The position numbers and the translations under genes are program-made. From NCBI RefSeq assembly GCF_902459465.1, contig NC_047080.1:744001-808000 (forward strand): DNA of 64,000 bases, given 5' to 3'. Position 1 is the stretch's first letter, and each line of letters starts with the position of its first letter. The DNA comes from Asterias rubens (lineage: Eukaryota). The notes below the pieces were generated by a model, which was given only the letters and a program-made list of their open reading frames with translations, was not told the DNA's origin and did not search any database. Shown here one piece after another: positions 44,501-55,525 of the stretch.

Positions 44501-47500
44501 TTTTATCTGTAGCCGATGATGGAGCGTGTTCGTATGCATCCTCTGCTAGTTATCGGCACAGCTAGATCCGAAACGGAAAATGCAAGGTGGGTTTAAATCA
44601 AATTGAATGCCCTGACTGCCCTGACCAACCTGGTTGACTGATCAAACCAGACCTGACTGAACTGACCTGACCTTTCCTGACCTGACCTGACCTGACCTGA
44701 CCTGGCCTGACCTGACCGACCTGACCGACCTGACCGACCTGGCTGGCTGACCTGACCAATCTGACAATCTGATTGATCTTATTGACTTGACTAACCTGAC
44801 TAGCATAACTGACCTGACTGAGGTTATGGTTTATGATCAAGCAGGTAATCTTAAAATTAAACAATATCTGTTAGAAGAAGATTGGGTTGTTTATGCTTTA
44901 TACTTGTGTTCTTTTCTTGAAGATGGAGGAAGATGGAGGTACATGATGTACTGATGGAGTGTGCTCGTGTTTCATTGGATACAACAGAATCTGCTCGAGA
45001 CGATTCCTTCAACTATGTCCCGATACCTGTTGGTTTTGACACTGAGAGGAGAGGGTCAAAGGGCATAGCGGCTGGGATCATGGGTCAAGGCATGAAAACT
45101 TCTTCCCCCATTGTTGATGGTCATGGTAAGAGTATGGAGGTTTATTGTCAACATTTCCAAGCCAGTTGCCTTCCCATTTGAAACAGCATGGTGGCACTAC
45201 TCGGTACAAGTGAATGTGTGTACTGTATAGATGAACATAACAATTAGATTTTACAAAATTGAAGTGTGATATGACAGTAGATGGGAAGGATATCTAGGGT
45301 TCATTTCAGTCAAGCATTTATAAACAATAAGAGCAAGTTTTAAATGAATCCATTCTCTCATTGAAGCTAGACTGGATGATATTGAATGGTCATATAGTAG
45401 GAGGGTTAAGACACTTGTAATCTGATGTTGCTGTCAACTCATTTGAAAATCGCTTTTCTTAACAAGGTACTGAGCTGTCTCACAAGCCATTGATACAGTG
45501 GGATAGTGACTCTAAGAAAACAGACCCCGATACGCACAGCCTGGTTTCGTCACAAGAGGGGGGTATTATATCGATGTTCAGCCCGTCCATGGTGTGCGGA
45601 CTGAGCACACCACCTTCCTCCCATCCTCCCTCCCCATTGGGCAGTCAACTGGATGTCAGTCTGACATCATCAGTCCAGATGCATTATACGACCCCTCTCC
45701 AAGAGACACCGACGCCTCAGTCAACACCGCACGATTCCCCTCATCCCAACGCAGCTCTCCATCTCAGCAGTCGTATGTCCAGCATGAGCGAGGGCAGTGT
45801 TCACAGCCGTGCCGGAAAGGGATCTGGCGGGAGAGCCGGACGTGGGAAGCTCCCGCCAATCACAACTCACTCTGCAATGTCGTTGTCTCGGACCGTCTCT
45901 GCACCAGTGACGCCAGGCTATGAGTCCAAATCCTTGCCGTGCACCCCTCAGAAACCTCTCATGGGTGGCAAGGCATACTCTCAAGAGATCACCAAGCAGA
46001 GGAGATTTGTGTGGGATGATGCAGAGGCTCTTGCGACTAACGGCACAGCATCGTTTTCAACCAAAGAGCCTCCTCAAGCTGCTCCTGTTACTGAAGAAAG
46101 TGAGGCAAGGAAAGAAAGGACGGAGAGCTCTGTCTCCTTGAGAGACCTTCCCGAAGTCATTAAGGATCTTTCTCATGAGGAGCAGAGACCACGTGATGGT
46201 AAGTAAACAAGAGAATGCTTGGTAGGATTTGAAACTTTGCACTGTGGGCCTACAATCAAGTGACACATGTACATTTAAATGTCTTTTTGAGTTATGTTTT
46301 TCGGTCAGAACCACCACAACTCGTGTAATGTTTTGCATTTGTTTGTTATTTGTAAACTTCCAGATGATGCAATGAATGAAGAGGTGTCGTCTTTCATTGG
46401 TAGTCCTTACACTCCACAGGATCTGGAAACTTCTGTAAACTCATGTATTACAACTACCCAAACCAAAACAACAACTTCAGACCGACTCCCTCTGAAGACG
46501 GACCTGACTACGCCTTCCATGACAATGTCATCAGCGTATTTGATGAAAGTTCACTCTAAGGATGTTGAAACAACTCCTCGAGCGAATGGAACAAGTCGCC
46601 AAGAGACAGTCAGAACGCAAAGTGATCCGAGTGCAGCACACCGTAGTACGTTGATAAAATCATCCGAGAGTGAAACCCGTTTAAGAACCAGTAGTTTCGG
46701 TAACAAGGCGACGAAGAACATCTCAGCGGATCTCTTCGGCGTCCGGAAAGGAAAGGATGCCAGCGTTGAGCATACCATAACACCACAAGGGTTTGTCCCG
46801 ATTATTGATCAATCAATGGATAGTTTGGAGTCACCGATAACTCGATACGGGACACAAAGTACCACATCAGATACTTTCAGCACCCCTGGGCCGTCCTACA
46901 ACCAACAAGCACCACCACAAATGCCTTACATGCATCTCTTCAATCTGATCGTTCCGACGTTGCAGAATTTATCCCCCGCTGGGACCTCATCGAGAGATCA
47001 CTCCCCGGTTGTCTCAAGCGCGAACAGCACGGGTAGTGGGTTGTATTCTACCCCGCCACCTATGTCTAGAGTTGACTCGCTGCCAGTAGGGAGTACACCT
47101 ATAGACAGTATCGGTAAAGTTCCGCTACATTCGTTGTATTCACCAAGTCAGCTTCTGGATCGTCATCTACAGATGGGGAATATGACTCATGAGGATCAAC
47201 TTACTGGGTAAGAACCTTCAAAGGTCATTCCACATGCCAGGACCCTGGGCTGGATTTCACAAAGAGTTAAGGCTAGTCTTATCTCAAGTTAGGACCAGTT
47301 ACTCGTCCTGACTTGGGACTAGCCATACGTTTTTAACATCTCTCCTTGGACTAGTCCTAAGTTAGGACCAGTCCTAACTCTTTGTGAAATCGACCCCACA
47401 CTGTTTTCAAGCCAAGTAGCTCCTCACTCAAATTTTGAATGTGCGCACTTAAGGTTCAAACTTCCATGAGCCAAATATTTGAACTTATAACTTAAATTTA

Positions 47501-50500
47501 GGCGGGAAATTTGAACGCTTCTTGCAATCAACTAAAAGCGCCCTCTTTAACTCAGTGTGAAAGTGTCCCAAGTAGTTATGCATGTCGGACAATACAAGGT
47601 TTTTACGGGGTTTGCTTTCTCATGTTTATTTCCAAATATCACAATATATATATATAATGTTAAACCATACAAGCATTAGGTACAATGGGTGATAAGTGGA
47701 GTGCTTTGGAAATATTAACTTATTTTATCGATGAACAACAATTTTTCAATTAAACCTTCCTTCCTTGCAGGAAATACTGATTGTTACAGCGCCAGGAGTG
47801 TCACTGAGTGACGGACATGGGCGCTATATAAGAAGCCACAATTATTATTATTATTATTATTTGCAGATTGTCTCTCGTCAGCCAAGGGGCAGTGGATTGG
47901 ACTCATTTTGGAGGATCTCCACCAGCGGATGAAATCAAACTACTGAAGGGCCAGCTGCAGTTACTTCACAATCAGCTTCTGTATGAGAGACACAAGAGGG
48001 AGGTTCATGCAGAGAGGAATAGGCGCCTCCTTGGCAAGACACATAAGGTACAGTCCCATCTCCTTGTACCGATATCGCTGGGACTGGTAAAATTACCTCT
48101 TTATAACAGGCATCTGATATTATCTCCCAAGGTATTGGAAGTTGACATTCGTCTCAGGAACTGTTTTGTCAACTTCAAGTACCTTAGTCTAGATGATAAT
48201 AGCAGATTCAGGAAGGTCTGTAGCTAAAGACTTTCCAGTTGGAATAAACCTTATGCACATAATGTCATTTGAATAGGGTGCTTCGGCTAGAGGTCAAAAG
48301 AAGGTTGCTCATTGGCCCATCATGTGCGCCAAGCGTGCACAGATTTTCATTGCATGTTTTTTTAAATTGTTGCATCATGATTATAAGATGGCGGCGTGAT
48401 GATGTCAATGCCATTATACACACGGGGACATTGGTTGTATTGTTCAGGGACATTGATCAAGTGTTGTTCATTGCAGGCCAAAGCTCTTGAAGAATCCAAT
48501 GCAGCAATGTTGGAGCAACGCCAACTCCTAGAAGTAGAAGTGAATCAAGTCAGAGCGGCCTTCAAGTTACTCCGAGAAGAGAATAAACAACTTAGTGAAG
48601 CTAATGGCACCAAGGACCAGACGCATAATGCATTAATGAAGTAAGAATACTCATCAGCTATGTTTTAATGCTGCTAAGCATGGGAAGAACCTGCTAAGTA
48701 GTTTCGGGTTACCAGTTTAGTATCATGAATTTTTTTATATCGTTAATAACTGGTGCTCCACTACAGTTTTCGTTCAAGTTGTTTTCTTGCTTTCGATACG
48801 CATGAGACTTGCATTGTTGATTATGGAATTTTTTGGGCTAAAAAAAAGAAGAAATGTTTGTAACTATAACTTTTATAAGTATTTGTATGAAAACATATTT
48901 GTATGTTGTTGGTGTTTCTCTTATTACCTACAACTTTTATTTTCAGGAAATTGCAAGGTGAGAATGAGCACATGAGAGATGCAAATGAGGAACTTCAAAA
49001 GCTTCTGGTTCATCACAAACAGGAAGTCGATAAAGAAGCAAAGGTAAACAAGAATGCTTCAACTTTGAACTCTAACCTCGATATATGAAGGTTATTAGCA
49101 CTAGACTCAAGCTCTGATGTTTCTGATCAGCAGAGTGTGGGTTTGAGTCCCGGTCTTGACACTTAAACATTATTTCTTTGTCATTCAGATGGGATGCAAA
49201 GCTGTAGGTTCCGTACACATGTGTTGTTTAATGCACGTAACAGAACCAAGTAACACTTATCCCCAAGCCTCTGTGTTTCTGGCATTGTCTGCTGAATGCA
49301 CTCAGCATCCTTTTAATTTTTTGTTTTTTTAAGCCTGTCTAAAAATGTTTTTTTTGGTCAAAATTCAACCCGTGAGTATCTCTTAGCTAGATCTGTGCCC
49401 TATATAAGATTGTAGTGTTTTACAGTATGTATTTGAGAATTTGAATTTGAATTTGGATTTTTTCAGGAGTTACAGGCGGCTAATGCTAAATTGTTCACAG
49501 TGCAACAGGAATTGGACAACGCTAGGGCGGATGTAGCAACCAACAGACACCTAAAAGATGAGGTACCTGACCTATGACATTTGCCTAGCAACTCTTGCAT
49601 CAAGACGTCCATAGGTCCTTTATAAAACCACAGCTTGGTCTTTATTGGGCTTGTGCTTGGCCTTTGTCATTCAACCTCGTCACACGAGACAACTTTTACT
49701 GGCAACAGTGCATTCTACGGGACCACTCATTCTCTGTACAGTCACACCCAATTCAGAAAACAAAAATAAAAAATAACAACTTTGGAAGCCAATTAATAAT
49801 TTGTCAAACAGTTTCTTACGATCCCAAAGAAAAATATGTGTACATTAAAATATGAATGTATTTTCTTCTTAGAGATTGCCTGGAACTGGTTGCCTGTAAA
49901 TGGCCCTGTGTGACATGGGCCTTTAGGCTTTGTCTGTTATTTAGAAGATTTGCGCTTTCCTTACAGGGTTTCAATCAAGCATTGGGTAAAGGCAGTGGAC
50001 ACTATTGGTAATTACTCAACATAAATACTAGCATAAAACCTTACTTGGTAACAAGTAATGGGGAGCTGTTGATAGTATAAAACATTGTGAGAAATGGCTC
50101 CCTCTGAAGTATTGTAGTTTTCGAGAAAGAAGTAATTTTCTATGAATTTAATTTCGAGACCTCAGAATTTGATTTTGAGGTCACGAAATCAAGCATCTGA
50201 AAGCACACAACTTTGGTGACAAGGGTGGTTTTTCTTTCATTATTATCTCACATTTTTGACGGCCAATTGAGCTCAAGTTTTCACAGGTTTGTTATATAAT
50301 GCATAATGTTGAGATACACTAAGTGAGAAGACTGGTCTTGGACAATTACCAATAGTGTCCGGTGTCTTTAAATAAAGTAATCGGTGGAGTTCAAGACATA
50401 ATGCCGTTCTTTTCTCCTCACTTACTCCCCAGATTGCTCGACTGAACAGGGAGCTATTACTGATGGGTGAGACAAACACAAAGTATCAAGAGAAGGTGGA

Positions 50501-52583
50501 GGAAGCGCGAAGGAATGATCATAAGACAGAAGAGACTGAGATGAGATGGACCACACTGAAAAAAGACCTCGCTGGTAAATGAGAAATTAAGAAAGAAATC
50601 GTTGAAAGAAAGAATCAACCCCAACAAGTTTGTCTTAAGTTTGAAAACTTTGCATGGTAGAAAGGTTTGTGGTAACACCATTGTCCAGAAAAGGCTAAAT
50701 GTTTCTCAATTTATTTGGCAACTATTTTGGCAACTATTTTCATGATACCAGAGCATGATATTTTTTTTAATGTTGTGCCAATTTCTTTTTTAGAAAAGGC
50801 CAAACATTTCTCAGTGTGTATGTGGCAACATTTTTGATGATTCAGTTTGTATTTATCAGGCGTTTTGTGTACTTTTTTGTTTGACATTTTTCAGTTTCTC
50901 AAGAGTCGTTAAAAAGAAAGAATGTTCAGACGGAAGCTGCCAAAGCTCGAATTGGAGAAATGGAGGCATCACTTACACTAAAGGTTTGTAGACACTTGTC
51001 TTATTTATTGATCTTGATAGTTTGGATGATTTATTGGGATTATTTCTCCTTAATTAATCCTTGACTGTGTGACAACTGTTTGAAAGCTCATATGTTTGTC
51101 AACCAATATTATATTTGGGGCTTTACATTTTTTTTTTCTTCATCTTTCAGGACGTTGCAATGGCTGAGCAGAAACGTTTTTTGGAAAACGTAAAAAGCCT
51201 CAACAAGGGTAAAATGGAGGTAGGAGTGACACTTTTGTTTGACCTTGAGGGTCAAATGTTATTTTGATAAACACATAGATTTGATTGGAGCTTTGAGCTG
51301 AGGGAATAACCTCATCTAATAAGCATCTTATTGTTGCATTCGAACCGCCTTTAGGCCCGGAGTTTCATCTTTGAGACGGCTAAGCTATTTTCGTTTGGCA
51401 AAAGGCACTTTCATTGGAAAATCTCAAAGTCTTAGTCTTTTGATGAGACATGAAGGCCAAGACCAAGGGCAACAAAGGCCTGTGCAACTCCAGGCCAGCT
51501 CCTTGACTATACATGTTTTGAAGAGTTAATAGACTTGTCTTTCAAAAAAGAGATCTTGAAGAAAAAAATAATGTTGGATTGATTTTGGATTTTTTTGTTT
51601 TGCAGTCGATGGATGCCAAGTACAACGCCCTCAAGAAAATCAACCAATGTCTTGAGGCTCACATCCTGAAACTCACCAAGAGCTTGAGGGAGAGAGAGAA
51701 GGAGACTGGTCACTTCAAAAGACGTCATCATCTTGTGTCGCCCCAAGGCATCTCCCGTCGTCATTCTGGTCCATCGAGCGGCGCTGCTGATCAGAAGATG
51801 GAGAGAATGGAGAGTTCAGATTCAGGAGGAACATCTTCATCTGGAATGTATTCAATCCAAACCTCATCTCCAAGAACTCTTGACCGGAGTCAGTCTCAGG
51901 ACGAAACGTACCCAGTGAGACCAGTAGATGTGGACGCTCATCTCGTCGTTAAAACTGAAAGCGACTTCTCACAGACGTCTCTGTCTGTGAAGGGATCAAA
52001 GGATGATCATCTCACCCCTAGTCATCTATCCGGGTCCCATTCAACCCCTCGCTCTAGCCCCATGAGTGAGTGGGAGAATCTAAGTGGAGAGGTTGATTTG
52101 AACAAACCTACTAAAAAAGAACCTGCAGAAGCTATCCTTGTCCCTAAACCAACAGAGAGGGCAGGTTTTGAGCGGCACGATTCAGGTAGCCGTCTTCACA
52201 TCAACAGTCCGCCTTTAGTATTCAGCGATACGTCCCCCTTCCAGCGAGTCCAGCAGAGCCCTCGCTTGTCCACAAGGCACAGCTCTTTCTCCCCCTCCAG
52301 CAAGATCTCTTTAAACCCCCCGGTTGAAATCGGCAGGAGAGCTGCCAGCCAATCCTGCCCGGATCTCGACTCGTCGGGCAGCCAGTTTACGAACTTGACT
52401 CAGTCGCAAGTCGAGGGAGGGGAAGAGGACATACAGGAGGAGGAGGCATCTGAGGGAACCTCGGCTTCACCTCCAGGGGCTGTTGTGGACAGTGTAGAAC
52501 CAAGAGTGTTCCATCACGGCTTAGCGTCTATACTACACATGGAAGCCAGTATTGAAGAAGCAGACTTAAGCAAATATAAATAG
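41562..52583 (+). CDS. TSC1: Hamartin (tuberous sclerosis 1 protein), 1441 aa
   Basis: 17 coding exons: 41562-41670, 42300-42403, 43399-43548, 43787-43931, 44174-44322, 44513-44586, 44923-45125, 45467-46198, 46364-47207, 47867-48047, 48477-48640, 48947-49043, 49467-49562, 50433-50574, 50895-50983, 51151-51219 and 51606-52583; 4326 nt in frame, GT-AG throughout. Hallmark motifs MAQQ.., [43 protein letters not shown] and [10 protein letters not shown], followed by the coiled coil. Confidence 0.95.
42753..43206. repeat. 65-bp tandem repeat x 7 in TSC1 coding intron 2
   Basis: Unit AGGGTGAGAGGGCAGGGTCCATCTTCAAGCAGATCTAGTTCCTAATTGTGCGAGGAAAGAACGAG, starting at 42753, 42818, 42883, 42948, 43013, 43078 and 43143. 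Confidence 0.95.
43567..43740 (+). mobile_element. 5'-truncated LINE/SINE 3' tail with (ATT)n
   Basis: GTAAAGTGCCTA..TAGGCGCTAT stem followed by about 7 ATT units. Possible TSD CTAAC; the left boundary is uncertain. Confidence 0.55.
44000..44077 (+). mobile_element. 5'-truncated LINE/SINE 3' tail with (ATT)n
   Basis: TGCGCC..GTGCGCA stem, then TTACAAGTC(TTA)n. Confidence 0.5.
44610..44822. repeat. (CTGAC)n-type degenerate microsatellite in TSC1 intron 6
   Basis: Runs of CTGAC/CTGACC/CTGACCGAC. Explains ORF 44598-44864. Confidence 0.9.
47247..47396. mobile_element. Palindromic MITE 40 bp downstream of the TSC1 exon 9 donor
   Basis: TIRs GGGCTGGATTTCACAAAGAGTTA / TAACTCTTTGTGAAATCGACCC. Confidence 0.75.
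47771..47860 (+). mobile_element. 90-bp 5'-truncated retroelement tail inserted in the TSC1 exon 10 acceptor, with TSD TTGCAG
   Basis: AGCGCC..GGCGCT stem, then ATATAAGAAG and (ATT)n. Flanked by TTGCAG at 47765-47770 and 47861-47866. Confidence 0.7.
49090..49170 (+). mobile_element. tRNA-derived SINE head (same family as 34620-34947)
   Basis: GACTCAAGCTCTGATGTTTCTGATCAGCAGAGTGTGGGTTTGAGTCCCGGTCTTGACACTT. Confidence 0.7.
49990..50367 (+). mobile_element. Kolobok/T2-type MITE, subfamily A
   Basis: AGGCAGTGGACACTATTGGTAATT ... AATTACCAATAGTGTCCGGTGTCT followed by TTAA. Confidence 0.85.
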
Positions 52584-52698
52584 TCAGTTATTCATTTTGG
52601 GTAATGCACAATGGTCTTAAAGGCAGTGGACACCTAGCAACACACACAGCTTTATGTTGCATACCCTTTGTGGACTTTCCTTTGTTCTGTTCACTTAC

Positions 52699-53083
52699 AG
52701 ACACTGGACACCATTGGTAAATGTCAAAGACCCATCTTCTAACTTGGTGAATCTCATCATGCACTAAATAACAAACCTGTGAAAATTTAAACTCAATTGG
52801 TCGTCAAAGTTACAAAATAATAATGGAAACAACACCCTTGTCACACAAAGTTGTGTGCTTTCAGATGCTTGATTTCGAGACCTCAAAATCTAATTCTGAG
52901 GTCTCGAAATCAGATTCAAATATTTTAGTGGGAAATTACTTCTTTCTCTGAAACTATGTTACTTCAGAGGAAGCCATTTCTCACAATGTGTTATACTATC
53001 AACAGCTCTCCATTGCTCGTAATCAAGAAAGGTTTTATGCTAATAATTATTTTGAGTAATATTACCAATAGTGTCCAGTGCCT
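52699..53083 (-). mobile_element. Kolobok/T2-type MITE, subfamily A, inverted, just 3' of the TSC1 stop codon
   Basis: AGACACTGGACACCATTGGTAA ... TTACCAATAGTGTCCAGTGCCT followed by TTAA. An orphan left end TTAAAGGCAGTGGACAC lies at 52617-52633. Confidence 0.85.
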
Positions 53084-53284
53084 TTAAAGTATATGGGAAC
53101 TTTTTGAAGGGCACCAAGGCCATGGCTTTTCTGGCCTTCATGTAACTCCATGCCTGTAGCGATCCTAAAATCTTCCATGTGGGTCGCCCTTGTATTACAT
53201 TGTTGTTCCATTGAGTCCTTGATTCATCTTCCATGTACAATGAATGTTGTATGTAGAAGTAATGGCTTCACTTGCGGCTTTTCA

Positions 53285-53450
53285 GGTGTGCAGCGGTTTC
53301 AGTCTTCTGCCGTGTTCAGTTTTCCGTGACTTAGTACGGCACTAAGAATTGACTACTTGCGCTTGCTGTTGCAGGCGTCGCATGACGTAATGTTACCGTA
53401 TTTGGTCATTTGGAAAACTGAACACGGCGGAAAGCTGAAACCGCCACACC
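53285..53450. mobile_element. MITE with about 45-bp TIRs
   Basis: GGTGTG..GCGGTTTCAG..GCCGTGTTCAGTTTTCC and GGAAAACTGAACACGGCGG..CTGAAACCGCCACACC. Confidence 0.7.
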
Positions 53451-54294
53451 GGGAGGATTGCCAATTATGCAATGTTGCCTTTAAAGCCAATGACAGCCAA
53501 TAGTTCAGTACACACTTCACCACACTAACCACTGTCTAACTATCAACTCCTGTAGTCAAATAAATGGCACAGCAAAGGGAAGGGTTAAAATTGAATACAT
53601 TTCCCCTCGAATACATTTCCCTTGAGTAGGATTATAAAAGGGATGCAACTAGTAAAACAAGGAAGTTGTTAAATGTGGCTTTTCATGGCTGTTGTGCTTG
53701 TAAAAGACTTGATAAAAATAAACCAACTTTATTGAGGTGTTCATGCACTATGTAAATAAGATATGAAGCAAATTTCAATGCACCAATCATAATTAATTCC
53801 ATTCTTCTAAGAATAATCTAAATTAGATTGTAAAGCACAATGCTATATTAACTTGTATCTGAATTTAAGAAACGGTAACATAGAGTTTCAATGCAAAACT
53901 TCCATCATATACTTTTAATTTGTTGATTTACAAACAATTTTTTTTAGTTAAAAACATTACAGTATTTTTAATTTCATCTTATGCATTAATAGACCTTTAT
54001 CTTGCTGGCACCATTCAATGTTGTCCTGCTCCTAACCTTATCAATAGCATTAAGTAATACAAAATATCTTCATACTAAAGAGAAACCTGACTTTTTTTGT
54101 GGAATGCAGAAAATAATAGCTGCTGTGTTTGATATATACATGTATATGTGATGCAGAAGTGTTGTAGTTTTAAGAAGTCCACTCGCGCTTGTGTGAGAAC
54201 TTGGTTTCTTAAACTTATAATATGTGTAACTGTTTAAGAATTTTTTCAAACCACATTTTCTGATTCATATTATGTTTAGTATTGCCCCAATCAG

Positions 54295-54531
54295 GGCCCA
54301 ATTTCATAAAGCCTGTAAGCACACAAATTTGCTTAGCCAGAAATTTCTTCCTCGATAAAAACAGGATTACCAACCAAATTTCCATTTGTTGCATATTGCT
54401 TGTTTGTGGTATTCAGCTGCTTGCTTATCCTGTCAATCACGTGGAAATTTGGTTGGTAATCCTGTTTTTATCAAGGAAGAAATTTCATGCTAATCAAATT
54501 TTTGTGCTTACAGGCTTTATGAAGTTGGGCC
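54295..54531. mobile_element. Long-arm palindromic MITE with 3-bp TSD CAG (Harbinger-like)
   Basis: GGCCCAATTTCATAAAGCCTGTAAGCAC..AAAAACAGGATTACCAACCAAATTTCCA mirrored at the right end (about 90-bp arms). CAG at 54292-54294 and 54532-54534. Confidence 0.85.
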
Positions 54532-55318
54532 CAGGATGTTAGTGAAAGTTAAGCACTACAGGCAACACCATCCTCTGAAACATGCTGCTATACTCTTTAT
54601 GCTGTTTCAACCCTCTTACTCTTTGACCATTCAATATCCTACCTTTTTCCCAAGGGCTAAAATAGCGCGCCTTCTTTTAAACCAGGAATATAATTATTTA
54701 CACTCTCATAAGCCCTATCTAAGGCAGGAAATCAAGTTATTTTTATGGGATATAAAAACACTTATCTTTTGTGCAATCATTTGTTATGCGTCATTATATT
54801 TACCTGTAAGTTTAATATTTTTGTTTACAAGTTCATTGGTTATCATTATATAAACAATTACCAACATGTGGAGCTTGGCATTTCTTAAAGTTGATCGAAG
54901 TAACATGTTTTCAAAAGATACCATGGGCTACGATCTTTAAAAAAAACTCTTGAAATATCTTTCTGGTACAATTGAATTAGGTAAGTTTTACTTTGGAGTT
55001 AAAACTTCCCTATTGCAAATAGAACTTCTTGAGAAAAACCCCAGTTATTCAACAGTCAATCTTTAATCTGTGTGTATGATTACTTATTCATCATAATTAT
55101 ATACAGTGTATGTCCTTAAAAAAAAAGTGAATGTTGCAAAGTGACAATATCTATATCATTTGTTTGAAATAAATGTCATTGTGACTTGATGCTGGCTTCT
55201 TGCGTCTCTGTCATTTCTCCATAAATATATTTGTCTAATTTAGAGTCGGAAATAAAATTTGGATGTAACAACAATAGTCCCGCCCCCATAACAGAATCTC
55301 GCTTGGTTTCAATCAATA

Positions 55319-55329
55319 GCGCCCTCTAT
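55319..55329 (-). promoter_or_regulatory. CTCF-like motif (CCG)ATAGAGGGCGC(TA) in the ZIP7 promoter
   Basis: The same 11-mer also occurs at 21007-21017 (+) and 38241-38251 (-). Resembles the CTCF core CCASYAGRKGGCRS. Confidence 0.45.
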
Positions 55330-55525
55330 CGGCGATTAGTAGCCAATTGCACTCGGTGGACTCTGACGTATGCTTTCTGATATAAATTTATGTCATGGTT
55401 GTTGTGCACACGCTGATGTACGATACGAAAATTGCATGGGAGGAAGTGTGTGTGCCACGTTATTATAAAATTGATTGGATGCCCATTGAATAGGTGTATG
55501 TGTGTTCAAGCGCTCGGTAGTCAAA

